Origin: Candidatus Sulfomarinibacteraceae bacterium
GTDB lineage: Bacteria; Acidobacteriota; Thermoanaerobaculia; Thermoanaerobaculales; Sulfomarinibacteraceae
Reading direction: 5' to 3'
Assembly (NCBI GenBank): GCA_963741385.1
Contig: CAVUHO010000003.1
Coordinates: 435,935 to 499,934 of the forward strand
DNA length: 64,000 bases
Each line of letters starts with the position of its first letter. Position 1 is the stretch's first letter. Below are positions 1-10,667 of this stretch, piece after piece. A program made the position numbers and the translations under genes. The notes beneath the pieces were generated by a model, which saw only the letters and a list, made by a program, of their open reading frames with translations, searched no databases and was not told the origin of the DNA.

Positions 1-559
1 TCAGGCTATCGCCTACCATGAGGACCTCCGATTTTGAAGGGTGTTCCATTTTTTCAAACGCCGCGTCGAAGATCCGCGGGTCGGGTTTGGCGGCGCCCAC
101 TTCTTCGGAGATCACGAGGTCCGCGAAGTGGCGGCGGATTGATGAGGCGGCGAATCGCGGTCGTTGGACCTCGGCGAGACCGTTGGTGATGAGCATCAGA
201 CGGGCGACCTCTGTAAGAGCTGCAACGGTATCGTGAGCGCCTTCGATGAGTTCGGTACGGCTCGCGAGATTGGCCAGATAGGTTTCGCTGAACCGGGCGG
301 GGTCGCTGTTCTCGCCGATGGCCTCAAACAGCTGTGCGAACCGCTCCACCCGGAGGCGCTTTTGCGTTGTCGCGCCGTTTTCGAGATCGCGCCACAATCT
401 GCCGTTGATCTCCCGGTACGTTGCCGCGTGTTCCGGTAGAAATTTCCGTCCGATGCCCGAAAACGTAGCGGCAAGGGCCGCAGCTTCCGCGGCGTCGTAG
501 TCGAACAGCGTGCCGTCCGCGTCGAACAGTATCCAGGTGTAGCGCACGTCAGATGTCAC
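1..559 (-). CDS. HAD-superfamily hydrolase (YjjG-like); C-terminal end lies beyond window edge
   Basis: Absent from the ORF track because it runs off the edge. Own translation from GTG at 559: VTSDVRYTWILFDADGTLFDYDAAEA...LMLITNG...EVLMVGDSL. HAD motif I (DxDGT) and the distal GD motif are present. Confidence 0.75.
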   Translation of the reverse strand, partial: MTSDVRYTWILFDADGTLFDYDAAEAAALAATFSGIGRKFLPEHAATYREINGRLWRDLENGATTQKRLRVERFAQLFEAIGENSDPARFSETYLANLASRTELIEGAHDTVAALTEVARLMLITNGLAEVQRPRFAASSIRRHFADLVISEEVGAAKPDPRIFDAAFEKMEHPSKSEVLMVGDSL

Positions 560-565
560 CCGGTT

Positions 566-727
566 TCACAGGCAGAACCGCCCGAGCTGTTCGAGGAGAT
601 CGATCCCGTCCCACTCACCCCAGCGCTCGACGATGAGGCCGTCGCGGATGCGGATGATCTCGATGCCCTTGAATCGCACCGTGCGGCCGGCGATCCGCTC
701 CATCTGGGCCCGATTTTCAGACTGCAT
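566..727 (-). pseudogene. 53-aa remnant resembling the C-terminus of a SnoaL-like/ester-cyclase (NTF2-fold) protein
   Basis: Own translation: MQSENRAQMERIAGRTVRFKGIEIIRIRDGLIVERWGEWDGIDLLEQLGRFCL*. This covers only the last ~50 aa of a fold that is normally ~130 aa. It is wedged between the VOC and HAD genes. Confidence 0.4.
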
Positions 728-739
728 CGGAAACCCGAA

Positions 740-1108
740 TCAGCCCATGCAGAAGGCGTTGAGCTTGTTGCCGTCCAGATCGCGGAAATACGCAGCATAG
801 AAGCCTTCGCCGCGCGGCCCCGGAGCGCCCTCGTCGGTGCCGCCCAATTCGAGGGCCTTGGCGTGCAGTGCATCGACCTTGTCGGTGCTGTCCACAACCA
901 GCGCGACCATGACCCCGTTGCCCACGGTGGCCGCGTTGCCGTCGTAGGGCCTGGTGATACTCAAAGCCGGTGACTTCGGCGACACAGACCAGGCGACGAA
1001 CTTCTCGCTCTCCATGAACCTCGAGGCGCCGATGACACCGAGGAGCTGGTCATAGAACACGGCTGATTTCGCGATGTCATTGGATCCCAGGGTCACATAT
1101 CCGATCAT
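740..1108 (-). CDS. VOC family protein (glyoxalase/bleomycin-resistance fold)
   Basis: Translation MIGYVTLGSNDIAKSAVFYDQLLG...FRDLDGNKLNAFC is typical of VOC proteins. Start moved to the internal ATG at 1108, which is preceded by AAGGGAGGA. Confidence 0.8.
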   Translation of the reverse strand: MIGYVTLGSNDIAKSAVFYDQLLGVIGASRFMESEKFVAWSVSPKSPALSITRPYDGNAATVGNGVMVALVVDSTDKVDALHAKALELGGTDEGAPGPRGEGFYAAYFRDLDGNKLNAFCMG

Positions 1109-1147
1109 GGAGTCCTCCCTTGTTGAAGCTGGAGAATAACGCAACCT

Positions 1148-1639
1148 TCAGTTTTTGATCCGCTGCATCCAGACCATGTCGAAGGGCTGACCGGCCTTGG
1201 TGCCGATTTTCAGAAACCGACCGCACTCGGTAAAGCCGTGGCTGGTGTGAAAGCGGATGCTGCCCTCGTTGGCCGACGAGATGTGGGCGAGAAAATTGCT
1301 GACTTCAAGGCGACGTCCTGCCTCCATCAGTTGTTCAAGAAGAAGGCTGCCCAGGCCCTTCCCGGTGTGGTCGGGGTGGATGAAGTAGGTCAGGAGCGCG
1401 GATTTCTTCATGGTGGCGACGGGATGAAACGGGGCGAGGTAGGCGAAACCGACGATCGCACCGCCGACTTCCACCACCAGAAAGGGGTAGTCCGGAGCCA
1501 CTGTGTGTTTCTTGTGGAAGAAATCGTCTTCAACGGGTTCTTCCGGGTAGGCGGCGAAGCTGTTGGCCACGAAGTGGTTGAAGATCGCCGTGACGGCTAC
1601 CCAATCCCGGTGGTCGACCGATCGGATGGTGGCGTCCAT
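1148..1639 (-). CDS. GNAT family N-acetyltransferase (phosphinothricin-acetyltransferase-like)
   Basis: 163 aa. The N-terminus IRSVDHRDWVAVTAIFNHFV..S.AAYPEEP and the segment HPDHTGKGLGSLLLEQL (acetyl-CoA pocket) match the GNAT pattern. Confidence 0.85.
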   Translation of the reverse strand: MDATIRSVDHRDWVAVTAIFNHFVANSFAAYPEEPVEDDFFHKKHTVAPDYPFLVVEVGGAIVGFAYLAPFHPVATMKKSALLTYFIHPDHTGKGLGSLLLEQLMEAGRRLEVSNFLAHISSANEGSIRFHTSHGFTECGRFLKIGTKAGQPFDMVWMQRIKN

Positions 1640-1681
1640 CCGCCACAGTGTCGCACGGACGATGGACGCCGGCGACGCCTG

Positions 1682-1930
1682 TCAGATGTCACGCGGTGGC
1701 ACTGCGACCTGTCGGTTTCGAAGGTAGGCGACCACGCCGGCGATGCCCCCGGCCACGATCAACGCCGTGATCACCCGGAAGAGGCTGATGAACCAGGCGA
1801 TGCCGATGCCCAGGGCTGCCCACTGGACCCACCATTCCCCCGGTGACGTCATGTAGTTGATGACCACCAGCATCAGAAGAACCATGGGCCCCACAAACAG
1901 GAACTTGACGGCTCGAAAGGTCTTGATCAT
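1682..1930 (-). CDS. small 2TM-domain membrane protein
   Basis: MIKTFRAVKFLFVGPMVLLMLVVINYMTSPGEWWVQWAALGIGIAWFISLF... contains two hydrophobic helices. ATG at 1930 follows GAGGGA. The upstream extension in the track is Arg/Pro-rich junk. Confidence 0.6.
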   Translation of the reverse strand: MIKTFRAVKFLFVGPMVLLMLVVINYMTSPGEWWVQWAALGIGIAWFISLFRVITALIVAGGIAGVVAYLRNRQVAVPPRDI

Positions 1931-1983
1931 GTGGAATCCCTCTGTTGGTGGATACGCACCTGCTTCGGTTTTTGTGCCAAGTT

Positions 1984-2499
1984 TCAGTCGTCGCTGTCGG
2001 TGCAGTCGAGGAGGGAGTTGTCCTCCACATCTTCCAGGACACCATCGGTGAGGACGCCGACGGCCGAGGCCAGGGCCCACAAAAACTCGACAGTCGTTTC
2101 GGTGACCTGGCCGTCAACCCTGAAGGCGTAGCACGCCACGGCCTCTTCGACACGGGTGACAAGCTTGGGGTCGATGTCCGACTCCCGCAACTCAGCGATG
2201 ACTTCCGCGTCCGGGTCGAACGGGAACTCGACCTCGATCTCGACGGCGCTCAACAGTCCGATGGGCGCCGATAGCAGACCGGGGTTCTCTTCGGCCACGG
2301 CCTCTGCCACCGAGTCGCCGATATCGTCGGCGAGGTCCCACCCGAGGGCGGTGGCGCCCGCAAGATCCGATGTCTGACTGAATGTCTCGATATCGGTGAT
2401 GAGTGCCCACTGCCACCCGGCAACCTCGAGCAGCGCCGAGATTTCGTCGACAGGTGGTTCGTCCTCGGTGGCTGCGTAGACATAGAGTTCGTAGCTCAT
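1984..2499 (-). CDS. hypothetical protein, strongly acidic, no recognisable domain
   Basis: 171-aa ORF with a GAGGAG RBS before the ATG and a protein-like composition (many D/E/V/A). I recognise no motif. Confidence 0.55.
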   Translation of the reverse strand: MSYELYVYAATEDEPPVDEISALLEVAGWQWALITDIETFSQTSDLAGATALGWDLADDIGDSVAEAVAEENPGLLSAPIGLLSAVEIEVEFPFDPDAEVIAELRESDIDPKLVTRVEEAVACYAFRVDGQVTETTVEFLWALASAVGVLTDGVLEDVEDNSLLDCTDSDD

Positions 2500-2563
2500 T
2501 CGGCTCCTCGCGGCTCAGGGCTTCTCCCGGCCTTGTGAGTGTGCCCCAACCGATCGACGATAT

Positions 2564-2755
2564 CTACCGATTCCCCACGGCGCGCCGGGCCTGGTGAGTG
2601 TCGGCGGACTGCTGGAAGGTCACGGCCTTGCCCTCGCGAACGCCACAGAGGTGGGCGAACTGGGCATTGATCTCAGTCCCGGTAGCCTTGCTCTTGGCCT
2701 GATAGCGACCGAGGGCTACCACCCGGTCGCCGCGGGTCTCAACCACAGCAGAATC
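2564..2755 (-). pseudogene. C-terminal remnant of an NTF2-like/SnoaL-like (DUF4440-type) protein
   Basis: ...DSAVVETRGDRVVALGRYQAKSKATGTEINAQFAHLCGVREGKAVTFQQSADT... matches only the last ~60 aa of the fold. The upstream part overlaps the 3' end of the hydrolase gene in another frame. Confidence 0.4.
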
Positions 2756-3975
2756 TGGCGGGTCACAGCTGGGCTGCTGAGCAGTTCGAGATGGTTCATA
2801 CCGTATTGAATGCACCGCGACGACTCGGAAAAGCCGAGGGCTCGGCCCGTCTCCTTGTGTTCGCCCAGAGCGCTGGCAACGGGCACCAACCCGTCGCCGA
2901 TCAGGCGGTCCGCCATGAAGCCTCGTCTGGAGGCTGTGGTCGCGGCCACCGTGTAACAGGCCACGCCCTCGGGCAGGGGAACGACCTGGCGGGTGTCGGG
3001 TGAGTGTTCAAAGCGGTCGCGCCCCTGCCAATCCTCCTCCAGCAGGTGGCCGTATCGGAGATCGGTGATGCCGGCGCTGCGCAGCGCGCCAAGCTTCGTG
3101 AAAGGCGCTGTGTAGGGCGTGCTGCCCAGCACCACATCGACCCAGTTTCCGGCCTTTTCCAGAGGGGCGCCGTGGTGCGGTGTGCCGAGAAACACGATGT
3201 TCATCAGGTGGTCCGGCCAGCTCATGCCCTCCCGGTTGGCGGCGTGGATGGCGCTGCGGATCAACAACCCGCCCATGCTGTGGGCGAGGACGGTCAATTC
3301 TTCGACCGCCACCGGCCAATGAGTGACCAGTTCCTCGAGTCGGGCCGCCAGCTCGCGGCCGTTTTCCGATGTGTGCAAACCGGAGTTGTAGCGGACCGAG
3401 ATGGGAGTGTATGCGAGGGCCACGGCCACCGCTTCGCCGTGGTCGACCACGCGCCCCTCGTTGTGGGTGTGCCACTGAAGATCGTTCATGCAGAGACCGT
3501 GGATGAGCACCAGGATCTTGCCCGTCGCCTCGGGCATCGACGGCGGGGTCTGCCAATCCAGAACCTCACCCCGGTAACGGAGGGTCATCGGGGTCGCGAA
3601 CGGGTTGTCATCGGCGAGCAGGCGGTCGCCCATCACGCCGTTGAGCGCCGCGAGGACGGCCTCGCGCTGAGGTGACTCGATTTCGGATTCATCGTCGAAA
3701 TCGACGAGGCTCTCCAACCGCGCCAATCCCGCGTCCACGCCTTGACCGACAAGCTGCGTGATACTCCGAATGTTCCCGTAAACGGCGCCGGTGATGCCGC
3801 CGGTCCGCCCCGGCTGATCTCCGCCCGGAAACCCGAGGGTGCTCCACACCGATTGGTGGACCCCTTCGACGATTCCGGTCACGCCCTTGGTGGCCTGCGT
3901 CGCCAGCCGGGCGAGGCCTCTGAGGTCCGAAACCCGCAGGTGTTTGAGAGGATCGAAAGATGTCGGTTTGGACAC
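2716..3975 (-). CDS. alpha/beta hydrolase (lipase/esterase-like)
   Basis: 419 aa with the nucleophile elbow LAHSMGGL, then FLGTPHHGAP. GTG start. Confidence 0.8.
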   Translation of the reverse strand: MSKPTSFDPLKHLRVSDLRGLARLATQATKGVTGIVEGVHQSVWSTLGFPGGDQPGRTGGITGAVYGNIRSITQLVGQGVDAGLARLESLVDFDDESEIESPQREAVLAALNGVMGDRLLADDNPFATPMTLRYRGEVLDWQTPPSMPEATGKILVLIHGLCMNDLQWHTHNEGRVVDHGEAVAVALAYTPISVRYNSGLHTSENGRELAARLEELVTHWPVAVEELTVLAHSMGGLLIRSAIHAANREGMSWPDHLMNIVFLGTPHHGAPLEKAGNWVDVVLGSTPYTAPFTKLGALRSAGITDLRYGHLLEEDWQGRDRFEHSPDTRQVVPLPEGVACYTVAATTASRRGFMADRLIGDGLVPVASALGEHKETGRALGFSESSRCIQYGMNHLELLSSPAVTRQILLWLRPAATGW

Positions 3976-4136
3976 GATTGCTGACTCCAGCCTGGAAAAG
4001 GCCGGATCGAACGTATCACGAGGAGCGTGCCGGACGTTTCAAAACCGTCACTATTTCCGTCGTGTCGTGCATCCGATTCAGTCGATGAAGAACTTCCACG
4101 TCACGGATGTGACCACGCCGTTCTCATACCGAATGG

Positions 4137-4733
4137 TCACTGCGGTTCCTGGGGGTGGCGCGCCAGGGTGCGTTGCACCAGTGCCATGAAAAGGGCCTCG
4201 CGCTGGTCGGGTTGGAGGTCGAGTGCGCGGGCGACCACGGGCCACCCGGCGGCGAGCAGAAAGAGCGGCGCCGCCAGGTCCAGAAACAGCAGCCGGCTTT
4301 CGGCGCTTCCGCGGAGGCTGTCATCCTCTCCGAGAGTGGCGTTGAGGTGTTCAAAGGCGTTGCGAAGGGGCGGAGTCAGCGATTCGACGGCCACGGTGCC
4401 GCCGTCGGCGAGATCGCGCAGGAGGAGACGGGTCGCGGTGTCGTCGGTCTGCAAGCGGCGGAGGACGCGACCGAGAGCTTCAGCCGCCCCCGGAGACGCG
4501 CCCTCGAGGTCGTCCACATCACCGGGTCCCGGCCCCATCTCGGCGAGCACGGAGGCGGCCTGACGCAGCACGGATCGATAGAGCTGCCGCTTGCCGCCGA
4601 AATGGTAGGAAACCGCGCCGGGGTTGGCTCCCGCCTGGTTGCAGATGTCGCGCACCGAGGCGCCGCGATAGCCCGAGTCGGCGAAGAGCCGGGTGGCTGC
4701 GAGGAGGAGGCGTTCACGGGTGCTCAAATTCAT
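4137..4733 (-). CDS. TetR/AcrR family transcriptional regulator
   Basis: The N-terminal HTH segment RERLLLAATRLFADSGYRGASVRDICNQAGANPGAVSYHFGGKRQLY is a canonical TetR_N. Confidence 0.9.
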   Translation of the reverse strand: MNLSTRERLLLAATRLFADSGYRGASVRDICNQAGANPGAVSYHFGGKRQLYRSVLRQAASVLAEMGPGPGDVDDLEGASPGAAEALGRVLRRLQTDDTATRLLLRDLADGGTVAVESLTPPLRNAFEHLNATLGEDDSLRGSAESRLLFLDLAAPLFLLAAGWPVVARALDLQPDQREALFMALVQRTLARHPQEPQ

Positions 4734-4921
4734 ACAGTTGTTTGTATCAATTCTTGAAGATTTTTACAACAGATTCTCGAGACATCGTCGTTTTCCAGCG
4801 TTCATTTTTTGAACTCTTCCGTCAGATGACGTCGGATTCTTCAAATTTTCACTCTAAATCATTGATTTACAGTCTTTTGAAAATTCGTTACAAACGATTG
4901 TTTGAATGTCTGCAAAGCGGC

Positions 4922-4950
4922 TTGACTTGCTCCAAGGCGGTCGATAGCAT
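4922..4950 (+). promoter_or_regulatory. candidate sigma70-type promoter for kdsB (TTGACT-N17-TAGCAT)
   Basis: TTGACT at 4922-4927, a 17-nt spacer, and TAGCAT at 4945-4950. It lies 12 nt before the kdsB ATG, implying a very short or absent leader. Confidence 0.4.
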
Positions 4951-4961
4951 CCCTTTACAGG

Positions 4962-7409
<2,448 letters not shown>

Positions 7410-7411
<2 letters not shown>

Positions 7412-7449
7412 CGTTCGAACGTTCAATCGTTTGGACGTTAAACGTTGGA
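7410..7449. repeat. tandem ~8-nt AACGTTYR array (about 5 units) directly after the pyrG stop
   Basis: AACGTTCG AACGTTCA ATCGTTTG GACGTTAA ACGTTGG. CGTT recurs at 7412, 7420, 7428, 7436 and 7443. Confidence 0.8.
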
Positions 7450-7472
7450 GCGCCGATGCTAAACTTGCGGCG

Positions 7473-8306
7473 ATGATGAGCCAGGGCTTCGAAATCGTTG
7501 AAGGCATCCGGATCGGCGGCGGCGCCAGACCGGTCTATCTCGCAGGGCCGTGCGTCGTCGAGTCGCGGGACTTCGTCGTCGATGTCGCGGGCAGGGTCGC
7601 GGAGATCGCCGCCCGCCGCGGCGTGCCGCTCGTTTTCAAGGCCTCCTACGACAAGGCCAACCGCTCGTCCGAGTCGGGCTTTCGCGGATGCGGGGTTGAC
7701 GAGGGTCTCGAAGCGCTGGCCCAGGTCAAGAGGGTCACCGGTCTGCCGGTGATCACCGACGTCCACCACCCCGAGCAGGCGGCAGTGGCGGCGGCGGTAG
7801 TCGACATGCTCCAGGTGCCGGCCTTTCTGAGCCGTCAGACCGACCTCCTGCACGCGTGCGGCGCCACAGGTCTTCCGGTCAACGTCAAGAAGGGCCAGTT
7901 CCTGGCCCCCGAGGACATGGCCAACGTGGTCGAGAAGGTGCAGGCCGCGGGCAACAGCCGGGTGGTTGTGACCGAACGCGGGACGACCTTCGGCTACCAC
8001 AACCTGGTGGTGGACATGCGGGGCCTGCCCATCATGCGGCGGTTCGCCCCGGTCGTTTTTGACTGCACCCATTCGTTGCAGCTGCCCGGCGGGCTCGGCC
8101 ACGCCACCGGCGGGGCGCGCGAGTTCCACCCCTACCTGGCGCGGGCGGCGGCCGCTGCGGGCGCCGATGGATTCTTTATCGAGGTCCACCCCGATCCCCC
8201 CAACGCCCTGTCGGATGCCGCCACTCAGCTCTCGATCGACGAGTTCGACAAGTTGATCGGTCAGCTCGAGGCGGTGTCGGCGGTCGTGCGGGAGGTCGCA
8301 CCGTGA
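7473..8306 (+). CDS. kdsA: 3-deoxy-8-phosphooctulonate synthase (KDO-8-P synthase)
   Basis: FEIVEGIRIGGG..PVYLAGPCVVES...FKASYDKANRSS...DVHH...FLSRQTDLL...NVKKGQF is the KdsA pattern. Start reset to ATG 7473, because the track ORF begins inside pyrG. Confidence 0.93.
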   Translation: MMSQGFEIVEGIRIGGGARPVYLAGPCVVESRDFVVDVAGRVAEIAARRGVPLVFKASYDKANRSSESGFRGCGVDEGLEALAQVKRVTGLPVITDVHHPEQAAVAAAVVDMLQVPAFLSRQTDLLHACGATGLPVNVKKGQFLAPEDMANVVEKVQAAGNSRVVVTERGTTFGYHNLVVDMRGLPIMRRFAPVVFDCTHSLQLPGGLGHATGGAREFHPYLARAAAAAGADGFFIEVHPDPPNALSDAATQLSIDEFDKLIGQLEAVSAVVREVAP

Positions 8307-9259
8307 GCCGCGAGGTGGCGCTTCAGGTGCTGGAGGCCGAGGCCAACGCGATCCGCCATCTGATGGAGAACCTCGGCGAGGACTTCGATCGCGCGGTGGA
8401 GCTGATCGACGGCTGCGGCGGCCGCGTGGTGCTGACCGGGATGGGGAAGTCGGGCATCATCTGCCGCAAGATCGCCGCGACCATGCGGTCGACCGGGACA
8501 CCGGCCATCTTCATGCACCCGGCCGAGGCCATCCACGGCGATCTGGGAATGGTCGCAGGTGGAGATCTCGTGGTCGCCATCTCGAACTCCGGCACCACCG
8601 ACGAGATCCTCAACCTCGTGGCGGTGCTGCGACGGATAGGGGTCGTTCTGATTGCCATCACCTCGAACCCGGACTCGCCGCTGGCCACCACAGCCGATCT
8701 CCACCTCGACGTGGGTGTACGGCGCGAAGCCTGTCCCATGAACCTGGCGCCGACGGCCTCGACTACCGCCGCCCTCGCCCTCGGTGACGCCCTGGCGATG
8801 TCGGTGTCGGTCAAGAAGGGATTCAAGGAGGAGGATTTCGCGCGTCTCCACCCGGGTGGCAAGTTGGGCAAGAAATTCCTCAGGGTGCGCGACCTGATGC
8901 ACACCGGCGACGAGGTCCCGCGGGTCGAGACCGGAACGGTGATGAAGGACGTCATCTACGAGATGAGCCGCAAGGGGCTCGGCTTGACCACCGTCCAGAA
9001 CCAGGAGGGCCTGCTTCTCGGACTGGTCACCGATGGCGATTTGCGGCGGCTCATGGAACGGGACCCGGACCCCATGGCGCGGACCGCCGGTGAGGTCATG
9101 CACCACGGCGGCGCCTGCATTCCGCCGGACGAACTCGCGACCGCGGCGCTGCGCCTCCTGGAGGAAAAACGCATCACGTCACTCATGGTGAGCAACCAGG
9201 GGGAGCCGGTGCTCGGCGTGCTCCACCTCCACGATCTGTGGGGAGTAGGATTATTTTGA
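8303..9259 (+). CDS. kdsD: arabinose-5-phosphate isomerase (KpsF/GutQ family; SIS plus tandem CBS)
   Basis: SIS motif VVLTGMGKSGIICRKIAATMRSTGTPA, with tandem CBS domains at the C-terminus. GTG start overlaps the kdsA stop (GTGA). Confidence 0.9.
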   Translation: MSREVALQVLEAEANAIRHLMENLGEDFDRAVELIDGCGGRVVLTGMGKSGIICRKIAATMRSTGTPAIFMHPAEAIHGDLGMVAGGDLVVAISNSGTTDEILNLVAVLRRIGVVLIAITSNPDSPLATTADLHLDVGVRREACPMNLAPTASTTAALALGDALAMSVSVKKGFKEEDFARLHPGGKLGKKFLRVRDLMHTGDEVPRVETGTVMKDVIYEMSRKGLGLTTVQNQEGLLLGLVTDGDLRRLMERDPDPMARTAGEVMHHGGACIPPDELATAALRLLEEKRITSLMVSNQGEPVLGVLHLHDLWGVGLF

Positions 9260-9374
9260 TTTCGGATTTCGGATTTCGGATTTCGGATTTCCCGACCGCC
9301 CTCCCACCACTTCTGAACATCGGGCGGGTGGGGGACAAATCCGAAATCCGAAATCCGAAATCCGAAATTCCGAC
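9258..9374. repeat. composite element copy 1: (GATTTCG)x4 - 45-nt GC-rich core - (AAATCCG)x4, arms mutually complementary
   Basis: Read directly from the sequence. The first unit overlaps the kdsD stop codon. Core: CCCGACCGCCCTCCCACCACTTCTGAACATCGGGCGGGTGGGGGAC. Confidence 0.9.
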
Positions 9375-9386
9375 CCGGAAGGTCCG

Positions 9387-9890
9387 ATGCGCCTGACCAT
9401 ACTGACCACCGGCGGCACGATCGACAAGACCTATGATGAGCTGCAGGGCAGCCTGCGCAACGTCAACTCGATTCTCGACGTGATCCTCGACGAGCTGCGC
9501 ACGCCGGACCTTTTCATCCGGCACGTCGACGTGATGCACAAGGATTCGCTCGACATGACCGAAGAGGACCGGCAGATCATCGCCAAAGCGGTTCGAGACG
9601 CCGTCAAGAACTCCGACGCGGTGATCATTCTCCACGGCACCGACACGCTCGAGGAGACCGGTGACCTCCTGTGCAGCGAGATCGGCGACCTCGAGGTTCC
9701 GGTGATTCTCACCGGCGCCATGCGGCCGTACGAGTTTCGCGACACCGACGCCGTGCAGAATGTCACCGAGGCCCTTCTGGCGGCGCGGTTGCTCGAGGGC
9801 GGGGTCTACGTCGTGATGCACAATCGGGTGCTGCGCTTCCCGGGCGTTACCAAGGACCGGCAAGCGCTGACGTTCGTGCAGAAGGACTGA
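9387..9890 (+). CDS. single-domain L-asparaginase-like protein (N-terminal catalytic domain only)
   Basis: 167 aa with asparaginase signatures TTGGTIDK, HGTDTLEET and LTGAMRP. GGAAGG RBS. No C-terminal asparaginase domain. Confidence 0.75.
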   Translation: MRLTILTTGGTIDKTYDELQGSLRNVNSILDVILDELRTPDLFIRHVDVMHKDSLDMTEEDRQIIAKAVRDAVKNSDAVIILHGTDTLEETGDLLCSEIGDLEVPVILTGAMRPYEFRDTDAVQNVTEALLAARLLEGGVYVVMHNRVLRFPGVTKDRQALTFVQKD

Positions 9891-9895
9891 CCGGG

Positions 9896-10010
9896 TCGGA
9901 ATTTCGGATTTCGGATTTCGGATTTCGGATTTGTCCCCCACCCGCCCGACGTTCAGAAGTGGTGGGAGGGCGGTCGGGAAATCCGAAATCCAAAATTCGA
10001 AATCCGAAAT
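9896..10010. repeat. composite element copy 2: reverse complement of copy 1 with only a few mismatches
   Basis: GTCGGAATTTCGGATTTCGG...GTCCCCCACCCGCCCGACGTTCAGAAGTGGTGGGAGGGCGGTCGGG...AAATCCGAAAT. Aligns base-for-base to the reverse complement of 9258-9374 except for about 5 positions. Confidence 0.9.
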
Positions 10011-10028
10011 GGATGGTTGGATGGCGGA

Positions 10029-10541
10029 CTACTTCTCCCCGAAGTGGGTGGTGCCGCACTGGCTGAAGGTGGTTCCCGAGGTGAGCGGAAAGCGGTAGTC
10101 GGTCGCAAGAGTGAGCACCGCCGCGCAGAATGCCGGTCCGTCGGCCTCCTCGAGGTGGCTGTGGAAGTAGTAAGCGATGCGGCCGTCGGGTTCGAACAGG
10201 ACGACTGAGGTCACGGACCTGCCCGTGAGATCGAGCCGGCCCTCGCTGCGGATCTCCTCGTACAGCCGTTTCTGGAAATCGGTCCAGGCTTTCGCCACTT
10301 CGCTCTCGCTGTCCGGAAAAACGCAGTCGTTGTCTCCGACCTTGTAGGCCGCCTTGTACGCCTCCCGCATGTCGGCGATGCTGATCTCGGAGGCTTCGGC
10401 GTCGTTGACTGAGAGGCAGCGGGTGGCCGTTGGTTTGTCGTTTTCGGTGGCCGGGAGGCCGGCCGCAACCAACAAAAGCGACGTCAGAAACCCAAGCGTT
10501 CTTGAGATGCTTCGCAACGGCGCGCCTCCATGGTCAACCAT
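10029..10541 (-). CDS. hypothetical secreted protein
   Basis: Start reset to ATG 10541. Hydrophobic signal-like segment LGFLTSLLLVAAGLPA. The remainder is protein-like but carries no motif I recognise. The track's N-terminal extension translates the repeat and is not credible. Confidence 0.55.
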   Translation of the reverse strand: MVDHGGAPLRSISRTLGFLTSLLLVAAGLPATENDKPTATRCLSVNDAEASEISIADMREAYKAAYKVGDNDCVFPDSESEVAKAWTDFQKRLYEEIRSEGRLDLTGRSVTSVVLFEPDGRIAYYFHSHLEEADGPAFCAAVLTLATDYRFPLTSGTTFSQCGTTHFGEK

Positions 10542-10667
10542 AGCAGATCCTGGAGGGCGAGAATGTGACGGAGGTGACGGCACCTCCACCGCACGCGGCA
10601 CGTTTCCGCACGCGCTACCCGAGAGGAGCCACTCGGTCCCACCCTGAGCACTCGGGCGTTTATTGTC

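Noticed and set aside
9183-9941. 252-aa minus-strand ORF (and the N-terminal extension of 10029-10808) that translates the heptamer arrays as SEIRNPKSEIRNPKSEI
   Set aside because: The periodic peptide is a by-product of a 7-nt DNA repeat read in shifting frames. The ORF runs antisense through the asparaginase-like gene. The arrays are intergenic in every other copy.
9258-10010. Possibility that the arrays are a CRISPR locus, or that the bracketed ORF is an integron cassette with attC sites
   Set aside because: The units are 7-8 nt with no spacers, and there are no cas genes. The two elements are in opposite orientation, whereas attC sites in an array are co-oriented. No integrase or attI is present in the window.
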